64,000 nt of DNA. It comes from Patescibacteria group bacterium. Its GTDB lineage: Bacteria > Patescibacteriota > Patescibacteriia > UBA10025 > JAHIVO01. The notes under the pieces were generated by a model. That model saw only the letters and a list, made by a program, of their open reading frames with translations. It made no database searches and was not told the DNA's origin. This document shows, piece by piece, positions 1 through 9,266 of the stretch (its first letter is position 1; each line of letters starts with the position of its first letter). The DNA lies in assembly GCA_043808365.1 (NCBI GenBank), contig JAZDEZ010000003.1, forward strand, positions 2,628 to 66,627, given 5' to 3'. The translations under genes and the position numbers were made by a program.

Positions 1-203
1 TGTTTCGATTTTTATTAGGTAATCTTAGACTATATACCCCATTGCTGTCAATCTGTCACCTTGTATATTATTACCCAATTTTCTAAATAGGCGAATTCAA
101 CCAAAGATTATCTACTTCATCACTGAATCCAAATAGTCAAACAATCTCGAAATATAAATAATTTTTTTTATCACATAAAAGAACTAAATTCTGTTTTAAG
201 AAA

Positions 204-938
204 CTACTTAAGCCAACTAATTTTCTTCCATCCGTGAACATGAAAAAAATATTCTAATAAGCAAAAGGATGTTAAAATACCATAGTGTATGCTAGTCAAT
301 AATTTTATCGAGGAGGCCTCTTTGAAGTATTTTGCATTAACGGAAATTTCGCTAATCCGGAATTTTTTAACTATTGACTGGATTAAAACCTGACTGTCAA
401 AAACAAAACCATCAGAATTATTACTAAACTTTACTGAATGTAAAACCTTTGCCGAGTATGCGCGATACCCTGTATGGTATTCAGAAAGATTTTGGTGTAA
501 AATAAAATTTTCCATCCAGGTTAAAAACCTATTACCGACATATTTCCAAAATGGCATGCCATTCTTGACTGCTTGCTTATTACTGATCCGAGATCCTAAA
601 ACTATATCAGCATTACCATTAATAATCGGCTGGATTAATTCCGGTATTTTCTGGGGATCATATTGATAGTCTGGATGAAGCATCACGATTATATCTACAT
701 CACGCTTCAATGCCGCATCATAACATGTTTTTTGGTTTGCCCCATACCCTAAATTGTGTGAATGAACAATTGTTTCAATGCCTAAACGTTGGGCAATACT
801 GACTGTATTGTCATTACTATAATCATCTACCAAAATTACATTTTTTTGAAAATACTCGGGAATTGCTTTAAATGTTTTTTCCAATGTTTGCGCTGCATTA
901 TATGCAGGGAGTATTAAAATAACCTTAAATGTTTTCAT
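204..938 (-). CDS. Family 2 glycosyltransferase (polyprenyl-phosphate sugar synthase-like, ArnC/DPM1 type)
   Basis: 244-aa ORF. It has the N-terminal ILPAYN...ILVDDYSNDNT and HPDYQYDP motifs typical of GT-A/GT2 enzymes. It overlaps the upstream membrane GT by 14 nt and is very AT-rich. Confidence 0.8.
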   Translation of the reverse strand: MKTFKVILILPAYNAAQTLEKTFKAIPEYFQKNVILVDDYSNDNTVSIAQRLGIETIVHSHNLGYGANQKTCYDAALKRDVDIIVMLHPDYQYDPQKIPELIQPIINGNADIVLGSRISNKQAVKNGMPFWKYVGNRFLTWMENFILHQNLSEYHTGYRAYSAKVLHSVKFSNNSDGFVFDSQVLIQSIVKKFRISEISVNAKYFKEASSIKLLTSIHYGILTSFCLLEYFFHVHGWKKISWLK

Positions 939-2595
939 AATTAACCTTATAAATTACTACCGAGGAATTTGTATACACTCGGTTAATTATTTTTTCATTT
1001 GCTAATCCACTTAAACAATTATTATTGATTTGGTTCCCTTCGTAACGTGAATAATAAATATAATCAATTTTATTCTTTATCAGAAATTGAACTCGATCGG
1101 AATCTTTGGTAGTTGTGCTAAAAAACTGCTTAACTTCAGTAAATTTTTTTAACTCATCAATGGTTTGCGCCCAATGCCCAAGATAAACCTTAATACTAGA
1201 AAATCTAGGAATGAAACTTCCCATCATTTCAGATGATAAAACAATTTGACCAGCGTAACCCTGAACATTAAACCAACGCATTCCTATGATTAAATCTGTC
1301 TCCAAGTAATATGGGAATCCGCCTGTTGCTATCGCTTTTAAATTATGAGAATATATGATCAAATTGGAAATTGAAGATAAGAATAAAATTATTATAATAA
1401 TGGTAAAAAAATACATTCGTTTAATCCAACTTGCTTTCCAACGCACTAATTCTTGAATCTCAAGCCTATTAAATAAATCTAAAAAAAAGTATGAAGCAAG
1501 CATAACTATAGGGATAATGGCCCCCATAATTAGTCTCCGCTGAAAAGAAAAGGGAATATAAATTATTATTAATGATGATATTGCCCAAAGTAAAATAAAA
1601 TAATATGAGCGCTCCCTTTTTTTAAAAATAATATTTGCGCCAAGTATTGCAAAAAATAAAATTAATCCAAACCCACTAATGATATATAGAATGTTGTCCG
1701 TTGGCATTAACGTTTGATTATGCCTACGCAGCACCGGGTCGATAAGTTGAATAATCAAGTCATATATTAATGGTAGAATTGGCGGAAGAAAAATAAACAA
1801 TAGTTTTTTCAATTGCTTCCTAAATAATTTGAAAATTATTACATACAAACCAAGTACAATGTATGCGGTTATTAAATCATAAGGATGTATTAAGGCTAAT
1901 AAAAAACCAACAAAACCTGCATACTTGGCCAATTTATAATCATATAAATTTTCATCTGTCAAAGACCTTAGCGCAAAGATAAAAAACCATAATAACAATG
2001 AAATGGCAATCGAAAATATAAACGGCCAGGATAATGACTGGAAAATGGTGGTTTCAGTTAATCGTAAATCAATTGATCGCCAACCAATAAACCATCCGAA
2101 ACCTGACCCCAAACTAACAAATATAAAAGTTAAGGCTCTTTGAATTGATGATTTGATAAAATAAGATAAAAACTTATAAATTGAAAATAAAAGAAAAAAA
2201 TCTGCAACAATGATTAACAACAACCATATAAATATTACGGGAATCAAAGTTAGCTTGACAACTAAACCAACTAGTAAAAAAATTGGATGAAACAAATATC
2301 TCGCAGAAAACTCTGATGTATATTGGTCTTGAAAAAAGAAATGCCCCTCCTGAGCTTGTCGTACCCAAGTAAAGTAGCTATTGGTATCTTGATATGAGGC
2401 CGTAGTAATATAAGTGAATTGCTTACCAGACGGGGTTGCCAGGACACCAAGAAAATATGGTAATAAGACTATACCTATACAAAAACAACACCAGATGACT
2501 ACAAATAATAACTCACGGTGTTTGATTGGATATGCTATCATATATATAGTATACCTATAAAAAGTCAATAATAAAAGCGGATGAATTAAATTCAC
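925..2595 (-). CDS. Polytopic membrane protein, probable GT-C type glycosyltransferase (ArnT/PMT-like)
   Basis: 556-aa ORF with about a dozen hydrophobic helices followed by a soluble C-terminal domain. It is paired and overlapping with a GT2. The call is based on architecture only; there is no motif-level proof. Confidence 0.5.
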   Translation of the reverse strand: MNLIHPLLLLTFYRYTIYMIAYPIKHRELLFVVIWCCFCIGIVLLPYFLGVLATPSGKQFTYITTASYQDTNSYFTWVRQAQEGHFFFQDQYTSEFSARYLFHPIFLLVGLVVKLTLIPVIFIWLLLIIVADFFLLFSIYKFLSYFIKSSIQRALTFIFVSLGSGFGWFIGWRSIDLRLTETTIFQSLSWPFIFSIAISLLLWFFIFALRSLTDENLYDYKLAKYAGFVGFLLALIHPYDLITAYIVLGLYVIIFKLFRKQLKKLLFIFLPPILPLIYDLIIQLIDPVLRRHNQTLMPTDNILYIISGFGLILFFAILGANIIFKKRERSYYFILLWAISSLIIIYIPFSFQRRLIMGAIIPIVMLASYFFLDLFNRLEIQELVRWKASWIKRMYFFTIIIIILFLSSISNLIIYSHNLKAIATGGFPYYLETDLIIGMRWFNVQGYAGQIVLSSEMMGSFIPRFSSIKVYLGHWAQTIDELKKFTEVKQFFSTTTKDSDRVQFLIKNKIDYIYYSRYEGNQINNNCLSGLANEKIINRVYTNSSVVIYKVNYENI

Positions 2596-2622
2596 CCGCT
2601 TATTTGATAATAGATATCCTCC

Positions 2623-4440
2623 TCAAAGAACAACAGCGATGTTATAGCTACGACTGTTATCTGAATAATACGAGTCGCTCACCATCGCCTGAACACGGAA
2701 ACGCGAACCTTCCATCTCGACCATGGAACCATACGCAATGATGCCTTCAGGGCAAATAAAATGCTGGCCAGTAGTTACTTTGGCGTCCCCGGTGATCAAG
2801 TACACAAGGGCGCCAAACGGGATTGGGAGTCGGTAGCGTTGATACACAAGGTTTGTCTCATCTGCCGGAATCATCGGACGCCGTGGGTTAGAAGAACTTC
2901 CATTAGCATTAACTTCATACCCTCCCAAATTGATTTGATTATTGGTAGTTAAGCTAAGCTTATTTGTAAATTCTCCAATTTCAACCCAGGTACTTGATGT
3001 GGCCATTACCGTTTTAACCTCAGACGCTCCCCCATTCGCCGGAGCGAACTGGGGCTGGACCGGTGGCATCTGCTGAACAGGTGTCGAAGTAGGAATGGCT
3101 GCCAGCACACCAGGTTTTGGTGTACCCAACCATCCAGCTTTGACTGGCCAAGGGCCTTTTTCGTCCATAAATCGCTTAAAATATACCATGTCAGCGTCGG
3201 TCGACTTACCGTCACCATTTACATCAGCGAACCGCCGATCAGCCCGCGGGAAGACCAACGAATCCGTCAATCCGTCCTGCAAGAATCGGAGATCAACCGT
3301 ATCGGGCCGTGAATTATTGTTTACGTCCCAATAGTACTTGGCGTCTGTCCGGAAGGAATAGATACCAACGGCGTCATACCCGTAATCCTTGGTCTGATAC
3401 TCGAGTGAGGTCTTCATATCAGCCGGGACAAATATGGTAAACGCCAAGAGCCCGATAAAGGCGAATAAATTCCCGACCGTCATGCTATTCAGTACCTTGC
3501 GGATCCAAACGGTTTTGATTCCGGCACAGGCAAGCGCAAGAATCACGAAAATGACCGACAGGTAGTGGACAGGGATTTCCCAGGCCTTAAACATGATGGC
3601 ATACACCATCAAGCTCAGGGGCCAGAACAACGCCTTGATGTTACTCAACGCGTAATCCTTTATGGATAACCAGCGTCTTTCAGTGATGAATTGTGACTGT
3701 TTGTCGGCTGAGTTCACGTTAGCCACGTCTTTTTTCCTAAAAGTGGAAAAATATCGCGCAATGACGTAAATCGGCCATAACAGGGCGGCTAGCATGCTGA
3801 CACTTACGAAGATCGTGAAAATGCAAAACGCTATCACCCAGAAATGCCATCCGAAATAACAGGGCACTAGTGCTATACTACCGAGCGCAAATGCACTGAG
3901 CAGTGGAACGACAAAAACGTGTGCCATGTGCATGCTGATTGACCAGATAAAAATGATCACCAACGCAACAAACAATAGCGCTAATCCCGGTAGTCCTGCT
4001 ATAACAACAAGCCAGGCGCCTAAAGAAATCGAGATGCCCGCGATGCACAAGATAATCAACGACCGGTAAAGATGGTGATAATTCCTGAGCCTGCGAGCCG
4101 CCATGACCACGAGTGGTTCATTCTGCGCCTGAGTAAATGGCGTCCAGTTCTGGAGACCGGTCTGTACCTGTCCCCAGTTTTCAGTAATCCACCCCCACAG
4201 CGCGGCACTGCGGTCGAGCACGATACTGAGCACCGCAGCAAAAACTCCAATAAAGGAGTAACTGCGGTTGACAGCGGCTGAGATGCCGATGATCGCAAAC
4301 AAGTCTTCGACCCGTTTGATGGGTGTTTCATGGACCGCTTCGTCAAACGATTTGATCCATTCACCGATTTTTTTGAAAAAACTTTTCGGTTTCTTCACTG
4401 CGACTGGAGTCGCTCCATTTTTTTCTAATATATCCGACAT
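2623..4440 (-). CDS. Polytopic membrane protein with dockerin/EF-hand-like Ca loop and C-terminal PA-IL/LecA-like lectin module
   Basis: 605-aa ORF with about 9 TM helices. The external tail contains DVNGDGKSTDADMVYFKRF (a dockerin-type loop). The terminal segment PFGALVYLITGD...SDSYYSDNSRSYNIAV resembles LecA-type lectins from memory. Confidence 0.55.
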   Translation of the reverse strand: MSDILEKNGATPVAVKKPKSFFKKIGEWIKSFDEAVHETPIKRVEDLFAIIGISAAVNRSYSFIGVFAAVLSIVLDRSAALWGWITENWGQVQTGLQNWTPFTQAQNEPLVVMAARRLRNYHHLYRSLIILCIAGISISLGAWLVVIAGLPGLALLFVALVIIFIWSISMHMAHVFVVPLLSAFALGSIALVPCYFGWHFWVIAFCIFTIFVSVSMLAALLWPIYVIARYFSTFRKKDVANVNSADKQSQFITERRWLSIKDYALSNIKALFWPLSLMVYAIMFKAWEIPVHYLSVIFVILALACAGIKTVWIRKVLNSMTVGNLFAFIGLLAFTIFVPADMKTSLEYQTKDYGYDAVGIYSFRTDAKYYWDVNNNSRPDTVDLRFLQDGLTDSLVFPRADRRFADVNGDGKSTDADMVYFKRFMDEKGPWPVKAGWLGTPKPGVLAAIPTSTPVQQMPPVQPQFAPANGGASEVKTVMATSSTWVEIGEFTNKLSLTTNNQINLGGYEVNANGSSSNPRRPMIPADETNLVYQRYRLPIPFGALVYLITGDAKVTTGQHFICPEGIIAYGSMVEMEGSRFRVQAMVSDSYYSDNSRSYNIAVVL

Positions 4441-4450
4441 AACTAATCTC

Positions 4451-5461
4451 CTATTTGGACTCTTCGGGAATCAAACCAGCCAGGGCTTCAAAAATCGGAG
4501 CCGCCCATCTGGTTCTAGGGTTGCGTTTCACTTTTTTCACGGCGTCAGTTGTGAGCCGTCTGCCAGCCTTAATGTCACTCTGCCGTGTTTTTTCACGGTT
4601 CGCCAGAAATCGATCAATTCGGCTGCTGGTTTCCCCGACAATGGTTTTCCCCTTCTCTTGGGCAGTGGCTGATCGGCCAAATATCCCAGCCACAAAATCC
4701 ATCAGCTTCGGATACACTCCGAGCCGGCGCCGCTGGGACTCAGGATCCATACTAGCACCACTATCGAAATCTTCCTTCTTGAAATGCGACACCGTTTCCA
4801 GGACCGCATCGCGTTCTTCATCGCTTGACGAATCACCGAGCGCACTCAACACCCACTTGGCGTGTTCACCGGCCTTGCGGATATTCTCATACGCCTTGTC
4901 CTTAGTGGACTTGGAGACTTTCGCTTTGACGCCGCGTTCCTTTAACTTAGACTCAACACCTAAGTAATCCAGGAACTTTTCGACGTCCATGGCTTCGGTC
5001 TCTATCGCCACGTTGGTGAGCGCGTCGTCCTGGAGCGTGTCCAGATACTGGCACACAAAAAGTTTCACAACATCTGAAGTTTTTTCTAAGAGTTCTCTCA
5101 GGTGGGATGATTTCTTGGCATCCTTCATCTTATGGATCTTTGCCAGGACTTTCAGTTCGATATCAGCAGTGCCATTTTTCTGTTGGTCACCGCCATTTTT
5201 TCTTTTAGTCATGTCTTCTGTACCTCCACCAATAGCTCCGACAAACTGTGTGCCGAACTCTTGGAGAGCGCCGTCAACAGCTGCCCGAACTTCAGGATTT
5301 TTGATTGCATCCGTCCATTCCCGGCCTGCAGAGAGCACAAACTGGCCGATTTCTTTCGTAGGATTAAACCCGCGATTGAATGCGCCATCCCTGTGCCGTC
5401 GCGCAATACTGATCCCGTAACGGATCAAACTGCCGAGAATCCGGTTCTGATCTTGTGCCAT
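4451..5461 (-). CDS. Hypothetical protein, highly charged and helical, with no recognisable motif
   Basis: 336-aa ORF. It lies 10 nt upstream of the 605-aa gene and 3 nt after the stop of the small ORF. Codon composition matches its neighbours. Confidence 0.6.
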   Translation of the reverse strand: MAQDQNRILGSLIRYGISIARRHRDGAFNRGFNPTKEIGQFVLSAGREWTDAIKNPEVRAAVDGALQEFGTQFVGAIGGGTEDMTKRKNGGDQQKNGTADIELKVLAKIHKMKDAKKSSHLRELLEKTSDVVKLFVCQYLDTLQDDALTNVAIETEAMDVEKFLDYLGVESKLKERGVKAKVSKSTKDKAYENIRKAGEHAKWVLSALGDSSSDEERDAVLETVSHFKKEDFDSGASMDPESQRRRLGVYPKLMDFVAGIFGRSATAQEKGKTIVGETSSRIDRFLANREKTRQSDIKAGRRLTTDAVKKVKRNPRTRWAAPIFEALAGLIPEESK

Positions 5462-5464
5462 AGC

Positions 5465-5626
5465 CTAAACCCCTTTCGTGGATCGTGCTATGTACCACTT
5501 GAGCACATACTGGTTAACCATTTGCCCACCTCCCATACTGTGAGGCGGATGAATTGTATAAGGATTTGGTAACGGTGCCCTTATTCGCACCATCGGAAGA
5601 TTAAACTTCCGACCATGATTTTTCAT
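5465..5626 (-). CDS. Small hypothetical protein (53 aa), first gene of the operon
   Basis: The ORF is below the track cutoff. AAGGAG lies 8 nt upstream of the ATG at 5626. The stop is 3 nt before the next start codon. Confidence 0.4.
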   Translation of the reverse strand: MKNHGRKFNLPMVRIRAPLPNPYTIHPPHSMGGGQMVNQYVLKWYIARSTKGV

Positions 5627-5776
5627 GAGGATTACTCCTTTTCCGCGCCCATTGGGCGGTGGACTTTTAGGTTATTGGATACAATTTCTATTGTTTCCGA
5701 GTTTAAGTTGTCAAAGATCATTGCTGATCTCAGACTACGGTTTTTTGCATAAAATAGCATCCGACCATAGCCGGTC

Positions 5777-5805
5777 ATCCTAGTATATATTTACCGTTCT
5801 GTCAA
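5777..5805 (-). promoter_or_regulatory. Predicted promoter TTGACA-N17-TAGGAT
   Basis: The hexamers were read on the minus strand: -35 at 5800-5805 and -10 at 5777-5782. They sit about 145 nt upstream of the 53-aa ORF. Confidence 0.4.
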
Positions 5806-5868
5806 GGGTAGATATCAACACCCCTCCATCCACAGTTCCTAAATAAAAAATGTCTGAACAATTGGTTT

Positions 5869-5894
5869 TATTCGTAAATTAATATATATTCGTA
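5869..5894 (-). promoter_or_regulatory. Two copies of the TACGAATA motif (plus-strand TATTCGTA), 18 nt apart
   Basis: Exact octamers at 5869-5876 and 5887-5894. They fall directly after the csrA terminator and upstream of the promoter. The same module occurs at 9362-9406 and 9907-9934. Confidence 0.45.
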
Positions 5895-5895
5895 T

Positions 5896-5929
5896 ACAAA
5901 AAAATCCCCCGTATTCCTACGAGGGATTG
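5896..5929 (-). terminator. Intrinsic terminator after csrA
   Basis: On the minus strand, the hairpin UCCCUC-guaggaauac-GGGGGA is followed by a U7 run. Confidence 0.6.
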
Positions 5930-5963
5930 AAGCATGCCGGCAAAAAATTGCCAGCAAAGAGCA

Positions 5964-6227
5964 TTAATCTCCAGAAGATGCCGCAGAATCGCCGGTACTC
6001 CCCATTCTTTTCAGCTTGATCATCTTGATAGCATCAGCTAACGTAATCCCGGCCGCTCTGCGATCCTCCTCCCGGATCTTGACGTAAATCTCCTCCCGAT
6101 GGACAGCCACTTGCGTTGGCGCCTCAATTCCTATTCGAACCTGGCGGCCGTAGATGCCAACAACCGATATCTTGATGTCATCGCCAATGGTTATCGACTC
6201 CCCTAACTTCCGTGTTAGAATTAACAT
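5964..6227 (-). CDS. csrA: Carbon storage regulator CsrA
   Basis: [37 protein letters not shown]...VHREEIY is near-canonical CsrA/RsmA. AAGGAG lies 6 nt upstream of the ATG at 6227. The ORF-track start at 6248 is a TTG extension. Confidence 0.9.
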   Translation of the reverse strand: MLILTRKLGESITIGDDIKISVVGIYGRQVRIGIEAPTQVAVHREEIYVKIREEDRRAAGITLADAIKMIKLKRMGSTGDSAASSGD

Positions 6228-6306
6228 TTCTATCTCCTTAAAGAACAATTTTCAAGAAAAAACAGCGTTAGGGTAATATAACAGGTATGTATAATTTATG
6301 CAAATA

Positions 6307-7167
6307 TTACTTTATCACGATACTATTCCCGTCAGCAGTCATTATGATGTCCTGCCCAATATCAGTCCGGAATATCCAGCTTCCAACATTTTCCAAACGC
6401 TTAATAGTTGAAAGATGCGGATGCCCATACGAGTTGCCCGCACCTACGGACAGTACCGCGTACTGTGGATGCACGGCACGTAAAAACTCCAGCGACGACG
6501 AATACCGGCTGCCGTGATGTCCGACTTTTAATACGTCACTGCGGAGTTTTATATTTCGGCGATCCAGTAGTGCCTGCTCAACTTCTTCTGGCGCATCGCC
6601 GGTAAAAAGGAATGAAGTATTCTGATAAACCAGCCGGCTGACCACCGAGGTTTTGTTCAAATCCTTGACTCCGGCGACTGACTCATAACTTATCGGATAC
6701 AAAATATCCATAGTCACGTCACCGAACGCGTATGTCTTTCCGGCTGCCACAATGCGGACAGGAATATTTTTTCGTACACTCACGTCCTGCCAGGCCGCGC
6801 AGCCAGGCGATGCGTCGCCCACGCCGCTCCAGATAACCTGTCCGACATCATACCGATCAAGTACGGCGGCCAGTCCCCCGACGTGGTCGGCGTGGCAGTG
6901 GGTCAGGACAACCAGGTCGATTTGCCGGTCATAAAACGGCAAAGTCTTCCCTAATTTGGACAAGACCGCCGTATCCGGCCCGGCATCGATCAGGATGTTC
7001 TGATGTGACGGCGTACGGATAAGCGCGCTGTCGCCCTGGCCGACGTCGAAGAATATAACGCGTAAATCAGTTTCACGCTGGTTATGGAAATAAATGCCGG
7101 CCAAAACGGCTCCGGCGGCGCACGCCCCAATTAACCAAATAATCAGTTTGGCGCGTTTTGATTTCAT
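6307..7167 (-). CDS. comEC: ComEC C-terminal metallo-beta-lactamase domain protein (separate ORF)
   Basis: 286 aa. It has an N-terminal TM helix, then FFDVGQGDSALI and THCHADHVGG MBL motifs. Its start overlaps the upstream ComEC ORF by 4 nt (ATGA). Confidence 0.85.
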   Translation of the reverse strand: MKSKRAKLIIWLIGACAAGAVLAGIYFHNQRETDLRVIFFDVGQGDSALIRTPSHQNILIDAGPDTAVLSKLGKTLPFYDRQIDLVVLTHCHADHVGGLAAVLDRYDVGQVIWSGVGDASPGCAAWQDVSVRKNIPVRIVAAGKTYAFGDVTMDILYPISYESVAGVKDLNKTSVVSRLVYQNTSFLFTGDAPEEVEQALLDRRNIKLRSDVLKVGHHGSRYSSSLEFLRAVHPQYAVLSVGAGNSYGHPHLSTIKRLENVGSWIFRTDIGQDIIMTADGNSIVIK

Positions 7168-8663
7168 GCGGCTTTTTTCTGTCTGTGCTTATAAAAAATA
7201 ATACCCAGGGTCATTATGGCATACCACGCGACCAGCCAAATCCATGACATGCGGCGGAAAGCAATAGACGCAAAATCAAATCCGGAAAAAAATTCCGTGA
7301 CCGCCACGATATACCTCAGTATCAATCCGACAAACCAGCCCGCCACCGACCCCAGCGGCAGCCACGCTAATGCCAGCACCACGGCGCCGAATCCCAGCCC
7401 CATAGTCAGCGGGATAACCGGTACGATCAGCAGATTAACCAGCGGCGCTACTATGGACAAACGTCCAAACTGGTAGGCGATGAGCGGTGCCGTAAAAAAG
7501 ATGGCCGACATCGTTGCGGCCAGCGTAGTGCTCAGCCACCCGGGAACCAGCCGGTGCGAAAACCATCTTTCAAAAACCGGCGATAGATATACCAGCCCGA
7601 GCGTGGCCAAAAACGACAGCTGAAAACCGGCGTCGAACGACAGTATCCGCGGGTTTATCACCACCATGCAGGTCGCGGCAAACACCAGGACGTTGGTGAT
7701 CCTGCTTAACCGCCCAAGTTCGCGCCCCAATAGCACCAATCCTCCCATTATGCCCGCGCGCACTGCTGATGCTTGGGCGCCGGTCATGACCACGAAAATC
7801 CCGATACACAAACACGACACCCAAAAACTCATCCGCCGTGGCAGCGCCATCCGCTGAGTCAACGCGGATAAAGCCATGGCTATAATGGTAATGTTGAAAC
7901 CGGACAGGGCTACGATATGCGTGATGCCGGTGCGGTTGAAACCGGTCATGAGGTCCGGTGGCATGGCTTTTTTCGCGCCAAGCAAGATGCCTCCTAAAAG
8001 CGAAGAAAAAGGTTCAGCCGCTATCTCTTGCATCGCCAGAATAAGACGATTTTTTATATCAAAAAGACCGGCCATGATCCAGCTGCCATACCCCTCACCG
8101 CGCATCAACACCGACTGGGGCCGATAACAAACTGAATGGATTTCATATCGGGACAAATACGCTTCATAATCAAAAATCCGGCCAGAGCCGTCGTCCAGTG
8201 CGATCTGGCCGGGTGTGGCGATCTCGCAGGAAATTTCTAAAAGGTCGCCATAGTGATAGCTTGGATAGGTCGGCACGGTCACCAGAACTCGGCCGGACGC
8301 GTTTTCAGCATCCGTCCGCGACGTTTCAATGGATAATTTAACGCTGTCTTGCCGCACGTCAGGCTCGTCTGCCACCACACCTAAAAAACGAGTGGCGCTA
8401 CCGTTGTAGAAATCAATATCTTCCGGCGTCGGGGCGCGCCCGCTAAGCTGATACCGAAAAACTCCGCAGACAAACAATACTACGCAAACACAGATAATGC
8501 GGACAATCATCCGCGGCCAGAAAACAAACAGCAAGACCGCCGCCAACCCGATTATCAACGCGCATAGCCACCAGGGCCAGATACCAACCGGACCAACTCC
8601 AATACCGGCACAAATACTAAGGCATATCAGAAGGAATGTCTTTGATTTGGTAAATATCAGCAT
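7164..8663 (-). CDS. comEC: ComEC/Rec2 DNA internalisation channel, N-terminal OB-like domain plus competence TM domain
   Basis: 499 aa with multi-TM topology. The region GITHIVALSGFNI...LSFLAT is typical of the competence domain. It lacks the MBL domain, which the next ORF encodes. Confidence 0.85.
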   Translation of the reverse strand: MLIFTKSKTFLLICLSICAGIGVGPVGIWPWWLCALIIGLAAVLLFVFWPRMIVRIICVCVVLFVCGVFRYQLSGRAPTPEDIDFYNGSATRFLGVVADEPDVRQDSVKLSIETSRTDAENASGRVLVTVPTYPSYHYGDLLEISCEIATPGQIALDDGSGRIFDYEAYLSRYEIHSVCYRPQSVLMRGEGYGSWIMAGLFDIKNRLILAMQEIAAEPFSSLLGGILLGAKKAMPPDLMTGFNRTGITHIVALSGFNITIIAMALSALTQRMALPRRMSFWVSCLCIGIFVVMTGAQASAVRAGIMGGLVLLGRELGRLSRITNVLVFAATCMVVINPRILSFDAGFQLSFLATLGLVYLSPVFERWFSHRLVPGWLSTTLAATMSAIFFTAPLIAYQFGRLSIVAPLVNLLIVPVIPLTMGLGFGAVVLALAWLPLGSVAGWFVGLILRYIVAVTEFFSGFDFASIAFRRMSWIWLVAWYAIMTLGIIFYKHRQKKAA

Positions 8664-9256
8664 AATGAAGTGTTAACGAATATTTCCGAATGGTCGTCCA
8701 TAAAATAATTTCTGGCGCTGGAAAACGGGTAGTCAGTTGCCTGCATCACCAGACCGGCCCGGCGCGGATTATCATGGATGTAGGCAAGTTTCTCTAATAA
8801 CTTTTTTTCAGAATAAATGTTGAAATCGTAAAATGAAGGTTGCCAGATTTTTTCGGTCCCAGGGGTATGAACGTGACCTCGGTTAATCCATCTATAAGCT
8901 TTGGGTAGCCGCGAGCCCGCGCTCGCGGCGGAAGAGGGCGAAAGCGAGGGCTTTCGCCTACCCGTCTTCATATAATTTATAATCTCCTTGGCTGAATGCC
9001 CTTTGATTGCCTGTACAATTTTGGATATCGTCAATCCCTTATGTTCATCCGCATCCCACCAAACAATCAAATGCAGATGGTCAGGCATCAGGCAATAACC
9101 AACCACCCTGAATCCCAATTTCTGGCGGTAAAACTCGATATCCTTCAGAACAATCCCACAACATTTCTCATCTATAAAAAGTGGTTTATTCTTAAAGGTC
9201 TTGGTTGTCACAAAATGGGCCTGACCCGCTATATTGAATTTTGGCAACCTAGCCAT
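8657..9256 (-). CDS. IS200-like / REP-associated Y1 (HUH) tyrosine transposase (RAYT-like)
   Basis: 199 aa. It has the HUH motif in YCLMPDHLHLIVWW and a C-terminal LAYIHDNPRRAGLV helix carrying the candidate catalytic Tyr. It overlaps the comEC start by 7 nt. Confidence 0.8.
   Translation of the reverse strand: MARLPKFNIAGQAHFVTTKTFKNKPLFIDEKCCGIVLKDIEFYRQKLGFRVVGYCLMPDHLHLIVWWDADEHKGLTISKIVQAIKGHSAKEIINYMKTGRRKPSLSPSSAASAGSRLPKAYRWINRGHVHTPGTEKIWQPSFYDFNIYSEKKLLEKLAYIHDNPRRAGLVMQATDYPFSSARNYFMDDHSEIFVNTSLC
8903..8963. repeat. REPIN-like element: two inverted GGGTAG-hairpin units inside the transposase ORF
   Basis: The sequence is GGGTAG-CCGCGAGC-ccgc-GCTCGCGG ... GGCGAAAGC-gagg-GCTTTCGCC-TACCC. 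Each strand therefore reads 5-prime GGGTAG followed by an 8-9 bp stem with a CCNC loop. It is translated in frame as GRRKPSLSPSSAASAGSRLP. Confidence 0.6.
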
Positions 9257-9266
9257 AAAACAAAAA

